From: Dicyema japonicum
Taxonomy: Eukaryota > Animalia > Dicyemida
Direction: 5' to 3'
DNA: 64,000 nucleotides
Assembly: GCA_011109175.1 (NCBI GenBank)
Contig: RDEW01000003.1
Coordinates: 1 to 64,000 of the forward strand
The notes under the pieces were generated by a model. It was not told the origin of the DNA, did not search any database, and worked only from the letters and a program-made list of their open reading frames with translations. A program made the position numbers and the translations under genes. Position 1 is the first letter of the stretch, and each line of letters starts with the position of its first letter. This document shows, in pieces, positions 40,678-52,588 of this stretch.

Positions 40678-43600
40678 GCACGTTTATTAAGTGGTGTGGT
40701 GTGACCAACAAAAATCTCATGGAAATTAAAGAACGAAAAGAAGGCAAAGTACGAGGAACAAATCCAGTACGGACAAATCAGGTATGTTTTTTATGTGGAC
40801 AATCGAACATCAGGAAATATGGGATTAACTGCACACAATGTGAATCATTCGCCCATCTGGGCTGCATAAAAATGAGTAAAGCTTGCGCCGAGACGCTGTC
40901 GAGTTGGCTGTGCCCCTCTTGTATTGGAATGGAGGCCCCCAGGCGGGAAAAAATAACTCAGTCAAACTTTACACTGCCACATACAGACCATACTCTCTTG
41001 AAGATCTCGAACCTCAGGAAAGCCATGAAGATCCCAGTAAAAATCCCTAAAGGAGTACGAATTGCCGCAGCAACGTGTCTTTCAGATGCCATTGATCACG
41101 CACTATCCTCTGACAGTTGGGAATCCTGGCTAAAACTTATATGCTTTGCACCTGTCGCACTCGGAATACCTACAAAGGAATCTGAGGACAATAATAAAGA
41201 AACAAACTCCCGACTCAACTTATCCGGGAAACTGAAACGAAACATAATGAATTTTAGCTGTCATAACATACACGCAATACTTGAACATCCACTTAATGTC
41301 AATGAGGTCGAAACCAGAGGAGCATTCATCAAAGATGCCCCCAACAAACTAAAGGAGAGAGTAAACCGGAAACTTCTGGAAGGCGACGTGCGGGCAGCCT
41401 TACGAGTTATCACATCCGATGACACAGTATTGTCTTGTACCCCCGAGGTCCTAAATACCTTAATACTAAAGCATCCAGATGCACCGACTGACTATGAAAA
41501 GTTTTTGAATCCTGAAGGAACCCAGGAGATAATCATTACTGAATCCGAAGTGCGCCACGGAATAACTTCCTTCGCGGCTAGCAGCGGTGGAGGCTTGGAA
41601 GGGTTACGTCCTGGCCATATTAAGGACCTTACGTCCACTTACACCTCGGAAGCTGGACGGTGTCTTGTCAAATCAATTACGGACCTAATCAGAAAAATGG
41701 TTAACGGCGACATCCCAAAATATGCCAGAGAATTGCTCTTCTCTGCAAGGCTACTTGCTTTCAAAAAACCCAACGGAGGAATCCGCCCCATTGCGGTCGG
41801 GAACTATTTTAGAAGACTTGCAGCAAAAGTAGCATCGACCATGGTGAGCAGACAACTCGGAGAGGAGTTCTTTCCTAAACAAATGGGTGTTAGTATCCAG
41901 AACGGATGTGAGGTTGCGGTTCATGCAGCAAGGCGTTTCTTCACACAGAAAAATATTTCAAATGAATGCATTGGAATCAAGTTGGACATAACGAATGCCT
42001 TTAATTCTCTCAGAAGAGACGAAATTATGAAAACGTGTTGGAAGAGGGCTCCAAAGCTTTTCCCTCTTGTCAATCTGTCCTATGGTGAAGATACGTCTTT
42101 GGTTTTTGAAAATGAAATTATTAAATCAAAAACGGGTGTACAACAAGGAGATCCGCTCGGACCTCTATTATTTGCCTTGACCATTGATGAGGTTGTGAGC
42201 TCAATTGATGCTCAGCTAAATCTCTGGTACCTCGATGATGCCACAATTGGAGGATCGTTCAAAGAAACATACAATTCATTACGTAAAGCGTTACCCGCTT
42301 TAAAACATTTGGGCTTGGACATCAATGTTAACAAATCAGAGCTAATAAATGTCTCATATCCATACACCGACTTCCTCTCTATCAAGGAGTCTTTTGAAGA
42401 ACTGCTTCCTGGGATCCCGACTGTGCCAGTTGATAAATTATATTTCCTCGGATGCCCACTCAGCGAAGAAGAACTCAAGAACCATCTACTTTCCAAAAAT
42501 GAAGAATTAACACGCCTTGCGAAAAGATTGTCATGTCTCGACTCTCACACATCTTTCTTTCTATGAGAAACAACATCGGACTACCCAAGCTTTTATATCT
42601 ACTCCGATGTTCACCCTGCTACGAACAATATGACATTCTACTTTCAATGACAAGTCTCTCAAGCAAACAGTCGAGTCAATAATTAACGTCCGCTTCGACG
42701 AACTTGGTTGGAAACAATGCAAGCTTCCCTCTGGATTTGGGGGTGTCGGAATGAGATCGGCGCTGGAGGTTGCGTACCCGGCATACCTATCATCTCTCTC
42801 AAGCTGCAGTCATTTGACACGGCAAGTCCTTCATAACACAATTGGACTTTGCTGGAATGAGTCATTTGACGAAGCTTGTCGGAAATGGAACGGGTCCGGA
42901 CTCAAAATCCCAGAAGACACAACAAGCAAAAAATTGGGATGACATTGTCTGCTCCAAAATTTTGAAGACCTTAAGAAAGAAGCAAATCAACATCGTCTGG
43001 CTTGTTTGGTGTCAGCTTCAAGTCGAGGGAGTGGAGCATGGCTTGGTGCAATACCTTGCCCAAACCTCGGGACCTTTTTGGACGACGATTCTTTGAGGAT
43101 TGGAATCGGACAAAGGCTGGGACTAGACGTTTGCCAGGAGCACCGATGCCGATGCGGGAAAACAGTCGATGCGAAAGGATTGCACCCGCTGTCCTGCAGA
43201 AGAAGCGCCGGAAGGGGACCACGTCATGCTGCTCTGAATGATGTGATCGTCAGAGCTCTGAAGGCTTCAGGCTTCCCAGCACAGCTTGAACCAGTGGGTC
43301 TTGATCGAGGAGATGGGAAGAGACCTGACGGGATGACCCTTTTCCCCTTCACGTCTGGAAGATCTTTGGTCTGGGACGCAACTTGCATAGACACGTTCTC
43401 AAGCACGAACATTTTTAAATCTGTTCAGACACCTGGAGCAGCTGCTTCGACCGGAAAACCTAAAAATCAAGAAATATTCTTGCCTCGGGGATCGCTACCA
43501 TTTACTCCTGTTGCGACCGAATCATCGGGAGCCGTTGGTCCAATGACGGCTGAATTCTTGCAAGAACTCGGAGGATTGCTTGCCAAAAAGAAAAGGGATC

Positions 43601-43744
43601 AACGAGAAGGGCTATGGCTAAGACAAAAGATTGGAATAGCCATACTCCGAGGGAACTCGTTCGCAATCCACGCAGCAGGCTTCCTCAACTGATATTTGTT
43701 TAATTGTTAAAAAAAATTTTTATTAATAAAAAAAAAGAAAAAAA
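40678..43744 (+). mobile_element. Full-length CRE/SLACS-clade non-LTR retrotransposon (PHD finger - RT - CCHC - RLE), single ORF with several 1-nt frameshifts
   Basis: ORF 40701-42566 has a C4HC3 PHD, GGIRPIAVG, KLDITNAFNS, GVQQGDPLGP and YLDD. ORF 43006-43692 has CRCG...HPLSC...RH...KRPDG...VWDAT. Poly(A) tail. TSD AAGACAATTATTTA at 40,664-40,677 and 43,745-43,758. Confidence 0.95.
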
Positions 43745-43769
43745 AAGACAATTATTTAACACAGAAACA

Positions 43770-44680
43770 AATGTTAATTGATGAAGCCTGCTGCGTGGAT
43801 CGCGAACGAATTCCCTCGGAGTATGGTCATTCAAATCTTTTGTCTCAGCCAAAACCATTCTTGTTATCCCTTTTTTCTGGCAACATTCCTCCGAGTTCGC
43901 GCGAGATTCTGAATTCCACAGATAAGTTTACTGCTTTCGACATACTCATCATTGTATTTGTTTCTGCTGGGACACAACTGGGAAAAGCTTCTTTAAATTA
44001 AATTTATTGAACCAAAAGACCACCGTCATATCCAAAATAAACAAAATTCAGGTGATCCCTGCCTCCCTCAACAGTCTTTGCATCGTTTTCTCGAGTTCCG
44101 ACTGCGTTCTTGCGCACTTCCGACATGGACGGGGTCCGCATACTCGAGTCCTTCGCTGGGGCACTGCTCCAGTCGCCTCTATCATATTTTCAAGGTTACT
44201 GAGAAGAATTTCCACACGGAAAAAGTTCCTTAGTAGGTTTGCTGCCTTCACTTGAATGTTGCAGATCTTGCCCAAATTCGTCGCAGCAAGGATAGATCCC
44301 CAGAAATTACATGCGTATCCTATTGGAGACTCGATGAACTGCTTGTATATGACATCCAGTCCACTTAAATCTTTTTTGTCTCTTAGGTTTCCCAAGAACC
44401 CCCTCAGGAAGTTGATTTTCTTCGTACAAGTCAATAGCATATTTTCGAAATGTTTTGTAAAGGTTAAGAAGGTGTCAAAGGTAACTCCTAGGATTTTCTG
44501 GAATTTGTTTTGCGGGATATTTTTCCCATCCAACGTCAATTGATACTTTCCCTAGTCTTCTGTTTGTCGTGAATAGACTTAACACCAACTTCTCAGGGCT
44601 AACAATCGATTGATTTTCCCAAAGCCATAAACTTAGTTTATTCAGATTGTCCTGTACTCTTCTCGTTGCATCTTAGAAAA
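43770..44680 (-). mobile_element. I/Jockey-like LINE 3' fragment
   Basis: KILGVTFDTFLTFTKHF...IYKQFIESPIGYACNFWG (ORF 44048-44539); 3' boundary approximate. Confidence 0.8.
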
Positions 44681-44788
44681 AACGTACAAGAACAGAACCA
44701 AAAGAAATAAAAAAATATTATTAAATAGAAATATTTAATTATTATTGATAATAAAAATACTATTTAAATAAAAGCACGTTAACTATAA

Positions 44789-47494
44789 ATGAATGTGATG
44801 AAGACAAAGTATTTTTTAATTTAAATTAGTTATTCTGTGATTGATGAAATTAAGTCAATATATTCAGGCGGGAAAATACAAGTATCTATGGCCATTTATA
44901 TATTAGCCATCCAAAGAAGGTGATTCATTCCTTTGTCATCTCAAAGTCATGTCAGAATTCACGAGAAATCCGCTCATTTTTCGAGGTTTTCTCAAATTGA
45001 CTATTAAAGGAGGATGACCCGATCACTCACTTTAGTCTGTCTCCCGATAACAAAATCTTAATAACAGCTCATAACAGTCTGGCTATTCGCCACTGGGATT
45101 GGGTTTCAGCAAGACTTAACAAAATCTGGAGATCTGGTCACAAAAGTGCTATTAGATGTGTTGAATTTGATCCTTCATCAACCCTCGTCTGCTCTGCTGG
45201 TGACGACAAATTGATAAAGGTGTGGAACTCCCAACAGTTTTACTGCACTCATACCTTCAAAGGTCACTCTTCTCCAATTACGTAATATTCCACTTATTCT
45301 CCAGAATTTGTCGCTTTTTTCTTCAAAGACTCTTTTCTGTGTCTCTTGATGGTGTAATATTCGTTTGGGATCTTACTGAGAGTAAGAAGGTGACAGAAAT
45401 AAGCCTGCATACAGCCCACATCACTGACTGTGTGTTTTACCGTTCGTATTTTTGCAGGTTTTTGCTGTTTAGTTATTTTAGTGTGTCAAATGATTGTACT
45501 ATGGCAGTGTTTGACCTTACCAGTCTTACATTGGTTAAATCGTTGGCTACTGATGAGGAAATGCAGGCTGTTGTGAGTATAGATAAAGGATTACTCACTG
45601 TAAGCTCCAAAGGTATGCTTATATTGTAACTTATAGGAACTGTAATTCTGTGGGATGTTGAAAAATCTACAATTCTTTCAAAATATCAGATATCCGTTGA
45701 GGATTTTTTTCTCACTTCTTTCAATTGTTCGTAAATAACGGATTCCTGGCAACTACCAGCCAAAACAATATCATTATGTTGGATTACAAGTTCAATGTCT
45801 TCAAACAGGTTTTACGACTGCTTTATATTCAGATTCCTGGAGATTATGAAGGTGTAGTGTCCGCAGTTTTTGTCGGGGTGGACTGCTCTCACTTGGTTGT
45901 TGCCAGTTCTACTGCCTCGTCTCTTCGTCTGTGTGGCTTATATAATGGAAAATCTCACTTTTTTACCCGCCATAACTCACCATTAATTTGTGCAACAGTT
46001 TCTCGCGACAGAAAACGAGTAGCTTCTGCTTCCCAGGATGGAATGGTTGTCGTGTGGATGTTTGAGGATGAATCTCTCAAAGTAGAGAGTGTGGCAACTG
46101 GGCATACATCAGCAGTTAATGTACTCGCCTTTGCATAGTAATTTGTTTTGTAATAAATCAGTGATGGGAGCTTTGTTATGAGTGGCAGTGCGAGTGACTG
46201 TCACGTGAAGATCTGGCCTTTGGGGAAACAAGTTTTAAGTTGTAAGAGAACTGTGGAGACTCATAAAAAGACTTTGACTGACTTGGTTGTATCTCCCAAT
46301 GATTCGTTTTTCGCTACAAGTTCGAGAGATAAGGTGATTAAGGTATTTTGATATTAAATTGTTTAGTTGTGGTCTGTCAAAACTTTTGATTTGGTGTCAG
46401 TTCTGAAGGGACACCGTAAAGCTGTACTCTGTCTGTCGTTTTCCCCCGTTGACAAAGTTTTGGCAAGTTCCTCTACCGATGGGGTTATTTTTATTTGGTC
46501 TCTGACAACATACAGTGTCATAAAGACACTTGAAGGATCGCAAGAGTCTGTTTATAATGTTAAATTCATAAGTAAAGGAACTCAGTTGATCTCGAGGTTA
46601 CAGTTTGTCATATTTTTGCAGCTGTGCTGACGGACTTTTACGACTGTGGTCAGTGAAGACTAGTGAATGCATTAAAACTCTAGAGGATCACAAAGACAGA
46701 GTTTATTCGCTAGATTTCAACTTGGATGAGTCACGACTTGTCTCTGCTGGAGAAAATTCGGTGATTTACTTATGGCGAGATACTTCTGAGGATGACAGAG
46801 TCCAAGAATTGACGGAAAATCGGGAACTGATGACAAAGTATTATTTATTTGTTAAATTAGAAAACAAATGCTCGACAACTTTCTCAATTTTGGTAACCTG
46901 GCTGAAGCTCTCCCTTTAACCTTGGAATTAGACAGACCACAGACGTTGTTAACTATAATTCAAAGTATTAGTTGATTAATTGTAATTCAAGAACTTTATA
47001 AGTTATCAAATATTGCTGGTTCTGTTAAAACGTTGAAAAAATCCTTTTCTGAACTTCCACCTTCAGGAATTGGTAATCCTTCATTTTATTTTAAAGAAAA
47101 ACTGTTGGAATTCTGTGTCGTATGGAATGGAAACAGTCGAACATGTTTTGAAGCTCAACTTGCTTTGTCCGCACTTTTGAGAGCATATGAGCCCGAGAAG
47201 TTGATGAAACAAGTCGTTAATATTAATCCGATTCTTGAGGGATTGATTGGTTTTCAGGAAAGGCATTTTGCAAGGATTTCTTCGTTGGCTAATCAAACCG
47301 GTTTCCTCGATTTTATTGGTGCCAACTTCATTGGTCTCAGAGTTGATAGTTCTGTCACTGCTGAGAATAATTTAATTGAGGATGATTGTGCTTATCTGGT
47401 TAATACTTCGCAACCCAAGAAGTTTAAAGCGGAAAATACTGAGGGTTCGCCAGATCTTTCTGTTCTTATAAGAAATAGTATTGGAAATAAATAG
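44789..47494 (+). CDS. TBL3: Transducin beta-like 3 / UTP13, WD40 U3-snoRNP protein; many short introns
   Basis: N-terminus MNVMKTNYSVIDEIKSIYSGGKIQ after removing a 21-nt intron (44,809-44,829); EDDPITHFSLSPDNKILITA; WD repeats LKGHRKAVLCLSFSPVDKVLASSSTD; Utp13 domain LLEFCVVWNGNSRTCFEAQ. Confidence 0.92.
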
Positions 47495-47583
47495 TTTATT
47501 TCTTTAACATTTATTTTTAATGTGAATAATTAATTTTGCTCACTTTTTATTACTAATTATGTTATTTTAATATCGTTTAAATA

Positions 47584-48766
47584 CAGTAAACCCTCATTAA
47601 TCCGAACTTAAAAATTTTGGATGCCTTTCGGATTGTGAAGGAAACAAATATATTAATTTCATTGTAGTGACGATTTTGTTCTCGTCGAGCACTTCTGTTT
47701 GAGTTATTTCTTTTTCATAAGCAAGTTCAGTTCGTTCGATGCCCATTCAAAACAGAATCTTGCATTCTCTCCATTAGTAAATTAATCAAGACATTCAATT
47801 GCTTCAGTCTTTTTAAAACAATTTTATGGTCTTTTTATACTTCGTGTGTGAGATACCATAATAATGGCTTTCCGTAAATTCACAAAAAAATTCTTTTTGT
47901 AAATCAAGGGTCCGTTGGTCCAATGACGGCTGAATTCTTGCAAGAACTCGGAGGATTGCTTGCCAGAAAGAAAAGGGATCAACGAGAAGGGCTATGGCTA
48001 AGACAAAAGATTGGAATAGCCATACTCCGAGGGAACTCGTTCGCAATCCACGCAGCAGGCTTCCTCAACTGATATTTGTTTAATTGTTAAAAAAAAATTT
48101 TAATTAAAAAAAAAAAATCAAGGGTATATAATCCAAAATAAGTTTTTTATATAATAATGCTTAAAGTTCTTGACTATGCCTGCATCTATGGTTAAAGATG
48201 TGCAGTTGTGTTTTTTGGAAGGAATAAAATTTCAATTTTTAAAAATATTTCGTTAAAACGTGGAGTATTATCAATCAGTAAAAAGAACTTTTTGTCTGTA
48301 ACATATTAATTCACCACTATGATGACTGATGAAAACATTAAAAAGTTTTGTTGTCATTCAAACCCTTTTATTTACATAGAACAATAATTTTCAAAGTCAA
48401 AATTTTTTTTTTAAATCTTGGTCTTTACTTATGGCTAATAAAAAGGATTAATTTTTATTGTTCCAGTTTTATTAGCACAGAGAGCTATAGTAATCCTCAC
48501 TTTTGATTGCTTTATGCCATTTCTATCTTTAGATGAAATTGTTTTAAAAGGGTAAGATTAAAAAAACAGTCTAGTTTCATCCATTCTTAGCATTACGTCA
48601 GGGTCAACTTCTTTATGATTATATTTGTCTATCAATTAATTTCATTTTGTGTTAAGCTGTCAGCTCCTCCGTGAAGAACGTTTAGTTTAAGAAACTTTGT
48701 AAAATTTTGCTAACTCATCAAAAAAATTTGGATTATTGAAGTTTTCGGATTAATGAGGGTTTACTG
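47584..48766. mobile_element. Non-autonomous Tigger/pogo-type DNA transposon
   Basis: TIR CAGTAAACCCTCATTAATCCGAA at both ends in inverted orientation, flanked by TA (47,582-83 and 48,767-68). Confidence 0.9.
47912..48114 (+). mobile_element. 5'-truncated recent copy of the CRE element, nested in the Tigger-type element
   Basis: Almost identical to 43,533-43,730; poly(A); TSD AAATCAAGGGT at 47,901-47,911 and 48,115-48,125. Confidence 0.93.
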
Positions 48767-48829
48767 TATATTGTAAAATAAGTATTCGGTCGTTTGACTA
48801 AGTTGTTTTGTCTGTTATTTTTATTTTTT

Positions 48830-49050
48830 TATTAGAGTGGCGGCTAGTACCAGGTTTCTTTGAAAAGGGATCATATCTCTCACTCCATTGGAGGGGTTTC
48901 CACAAATGCAAGGAATGGACGTCTTTTACCCTTTATGCTAGTTCCGGATGGACTTGTGCGTCGTTGAAGCGCTATGATGATGGAAACTGGATACACTTAA
49001 TTAGTTTTTTACTGTTAACTTATTTCTCGCTGTATCCGGGGTTCAAAAGT
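48830..49050. repeat. Unclassified ~220-bp diverged repeat, homologous to about 56,370-56,580
   Basis: Shared blocks AAAAGGGA, GGGTTTCCACAA.TGCAAGGA, GGAAAC.GGAT.CA.TTAATTAG and TTAACTTATTTCT...GTATCCGG; both read LEGFPQ(M/L)QG on the + strand. Confidence 0.65.
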
Positions 49051-49173
49051 TAAATTAATTGTTAATAAATCAATTGCTACTAATTCAGAGTTTATGTCTC
49101 TTGAAGAACTTGAAAATCGTGTAATCATGTTTTGAACAATATTAAGTGATAATTAGGGTTATATTTATGATTA

Positions 49174-50026
49174 CCGTATTTGCCGGTGTATAAGTCGACC
49201 TTTTTCGATCAAAAATCGACCTCGACTTATACACCGAGTCATGAAATTCAACTTTGTATTCATCGCTTCAAATGTGATGGTAATTACTACACTCTTCACA
49301 CAAAAAATTCTTGCAAATATCAATCTAATTATATAAGTGAATGGTATTAAATGATAACTACGTAAACATTCAATTATTATAATTACCCATGTCTAAACAA
49401 ATGAAATCTCTGCCAAGTTCAAACTGCAAGTTGTAAACTTTGCCGAAGAAACTAACAACTGTGCTGCCTCAAGAAGGTTGGCGTAAATGAGAAACTAGTA
49501 AGAGATTAGAAACGCTATGTAACACAGCTAGCAGTGATTCCAAGAAACAAATGTGCTAATAGAGGGAAAAGCTACCAGTGCCCAGCACTTGAACAAGAAC
49601 TTGCATACTGGGTCGAGGAGCAACGAAAGTGTGAGTTCGTCGTCACAAGAAATATGATACGTCTGCGAGCTTTGGCTTGTCCCAAACAAAACAAGATTAC
49701 CGATTTCAGAGGAACTATAAGTTGGTGTTCACGATTTTTAAAGAGAAATGACCTTTTGCTACGACAAAGAACTACACTTGCTCATAAACTGCCTGAAGAT
49801 TTAGAGGAAAAGATAACTCTTTCAATGGAACGAGCTTTTTGGAAATAGTGACGATGAAGACGGATTTTGAACTCTATGTAAGCACTTTATAATTTTAATT
49901 TATTGTTTCTTAACTAAAAATGAATCACTTTCTAAGATTTTTTATTATTGTTAGTCTCTCGGCACGTAACATCACAGGGTTACAAAGTAAATAGTAGGGG
50001 GTCGACTTATACAGCGGCAAATACGG
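49174..50026 (+). mobile_element. Internally deleted pogo-family (POGK-like) DNA transposon
   Basis: TIR CCGTATTTGCCG(G/C)TGTATAAGTCGACC at both ends with TA TSD; ORF 49534-49848 encodes a CENP-B/Tc5-type HTH (LEQELAYWV...SWCSRFLKRN...RQRTT). Confidence 0.92.
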
Positions 50027-50621
50027 TATGTTATATTTTAGGTTCCATGATTATGTCTTGGTTGTGGTTAGAGATAGAAGGTTAAAAGCGAATTTATGTT
50101 AGCACGTACTGGCGTATTATGTCACGCACACAACGCGCAACAAATCATGTGTAAATTAATGTCATGAAATACTTCCAAGCACAAACAGGCATAATAAATT
50201 TCGTCTTCTACAAAAAGCAAGAAATTTCATGATGATCAACGACAAAATGTATCTGAAAGATCAGAATGGAAATCACAAGCTTGTCATTTGTATGGACAAT
50301 CAGATGGATGTTTTAACCTCAGCAATAAACACTACTTCTACATTAAAAGAAGTGTTATCCGCAGAGTAATTAATTTCCTGTGAAATCTGTAAGTTTTCTA
50401 CTTTTTTAAAAGTTTGTTTTTTGGTAATATTTTAATAGATAAGTGATGAAGAACATCAAATCAAAGTTAAAACAAAATGAAAGGTTTAAACTAGATCTTA
50501 TTGATCTGAAAATAATTTATTCTGTCAACGATGAATACAAATAGATGCTCACTGTAATTGATGCATATTCAAAATGTAGGAAATGTTATTAAACATTAAA
50601 ATGAAAAAACTAAGCGAAAAT

Positions 50622-50765
50622 TAAATTAAGGCATCTGAATGGCCATGCTATTTCCCCTAACAATAGCCAACGAGATACGTTCTCGGAACCAACCAGTCTC
50701 TCGCGGATCCTTGGTCACAGCTTGAATCATGGAACCGATCTTACGAACCAACTCATCTGCTTCAA
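50622..50765 (-). mobile_element. 3' fragment of a second CRE family
   Basis: Reverse complement of about 51,935-52,070 (IGSMIQAVTKDPRETGWFRERISLAIVR.NSMAI). Confidence 0.8.
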
Positions 50766-51156
50766 AGTTGACCATAACAAGAAAATTTAAAAACAAATCT
50801 GGTTTTAAAGTAAGATGCTTAAAATAATAATTAAAATTTGTTAATTTATCCCCAGTAAAGCATATTTAAAACTGCCATCCATCCAAAGTGGACCCCGCCG
50901 ACATTATCGACGTTGCGTTGCCTCTCACGATTGCAACAGAGATCAACTGGAGTAGCCACTGGTCTCACGTGCGTCGTGGCTTTTTAGTGTAGCTAAGCGT
51001 CCAAGTTTCTTTAGGAATGGTACAGAAGTAAAAAATTCATAGAACGAATCAATCAAACCATTACACGGATTCTGTCAAAAACGATGGCAAAAAACACTAA
51101 AAAATCTTGGATTCAAATGTTACCTAGTGCCACTTATATGTATAACATAACTGTAG

Positions 51157-51322
51157 GTTTGACGAGTGACGCCGTCATCAGTGGATAATCACTGTGGAAC
51201 TGGATTGTCTAGAAAGGACACTCACACAAGAAAAAGAAAAAAAGAAGTGAAGATCATTCCTTGGTTCTACGATTAGTAAAAATTAACTGTTCTTTACTTA
51301 AATAAAGTGTGTGTCCTGCCTA
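51157..51322 (+). mobile_element. 5'-truncated copy of a tRNA-headed SINE-like repeat
   Basis: TGACGAGTGACG...CACACAAG...AATAAAGTGTG..TGCCTA, shared with 53,185-53,460 and 58,497-58,719. Confidence 0.75.
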
Positions 51323-51908
51323 TGCGGAGCTATAAATACTATGGCCTCGTGAAAAGGCTTTTAAACAAACTGTACATTCGTCGAGCGGAAAAACACCTTT
51401 TGAGATGTATAGAGGCATTCCTAGTGTTAACATTTTTACACTAAATGATGGTTGGTTTTTATTTTTTTTATAATTTGACATATGTTTAGAGAATGATATT
51501 TGCGAGAAGACAGTAAACACTGATGTTGTTTTGTATGATGAGTCGTTAGACGAAACAAATAATGAAGCTACAAAGTCTGTTTGTGAACTGGTTTACAAAA
51601 AAATGATTTTAAAATTAGAAAACTTTCAACTTAAGCTCATAAAACCGAATTTGAATTCACCTTATTTTAAGAGGATGAACAAAAAGATGAATGTTCATCA
51701 TGGTAAATACACTTGTCTATGGGAGATCAAGTTTTTATTAATTAATTAAATGTAGGTTAGAGTTTTACAAGATTATGGAACTAATCCTTCTTTAAGGATG
51801 AATAAATTTGAGAGTCCAAACAGTGAGAATGTAGAAGTTCTAAGTTTATAATCAAACAATCGTGTAGAGGTTAGAATGTGAAAAAAAATTTTTAGGTTCG
51901 TTTATCAA

Positions 51909-52588
51909 ACGTCAGGAATCCTTGGCCCCCAAGCAGATGAGTTGGTTCGTAAGATCGGCTCCATGATTCAAGCTGTGACCAAGGATCCGCGAGAGACTGG
52001 TTGGTTCCGAGAACGTATCTCGTTGGCTATTGTTAGGAAAAATAGCATGGCCATTCAGATGCCTTAATTTAATTTTTAATCATTTAATAAAATTTCTTTC
52101 TATTGTTAAAAAAAAGTCTGGCCAAGTCCTTATCATAAAGGGTTGGCATTACGTCTCAAGATCGTTTGCAGACTGTGGAGGTGGAGAAAAAGAGGAAGTA
52201 TGACTTGCTCGCAAACGAGATGGGGAAGATGCTTGGTTGCAAGGTCCTCGTTATTCCAATAGTAATGACGTGGGAAGGAATTGCAAAAAAATACTACAAA
52301 GGTTATCTGAGGCAGTTGGGGGTAGATAGGAAGCTCCAGGCCTATCTACAGTCCACTGTGTTAAAGCGGACCCTAGAGAGCTTGACACTGGAGTATAGGA
52401 GGCAGAGCCCTGAGATGCCATATGGGCAGAGGGTTCAATTTGACAATGCGCTCTCGGAGTTGTTTCAGCAACCAGAATCGAACCTGCCTGAGGAGGCTGG
52501 CGAACAGGCAGGCGAGGAAGGTTGTTGATTAATAAATATATTAACTTTTTTATTGTTTGTTAAATAAAGGGGTATTGTTAAAAAAAAA
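51909..52588 (+). mobile_element. Second-family CRE 3' fragment with a nested insertion in its A tail
   Basis: TSGILGP...RERISLAIVRKNSMAI; TSD GTTTATCAA at 51,900-51,908 and 52,589-52,597. Confidence 0.8.
52118..52572 (+). mobile_element. 3' fragment of an RLE-type (R4/NeSL-like) non-LTR retrotransposon
   Basis: ORF 52166-52528 VEVEKKRKYDLLANEMG...IPIVMTWEG has the RLE E-K..KY motif; TSD TATTGTTAAAAAAAAGT at 52,101-52,117 and 52,573-52,590. Confidence 0.8.

Noticed and set aside
42212-43412. Antisense and alternate-frame ORFs over the CRE element (also 12721-12930, 14817-14999, 47081-47296)
   Set aside because: Shadow ORFs of real coding strands, with no independent motifs.
44773-44780. Recurrent AGCACGTT motif (also about 779, 40,370, 40,677) as a promoter element
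   Set aside because: Absent upstream of PBRM1, the kinases and the micro-exon gene; the 40,677 instance is the CRE 5' end; too few cases.
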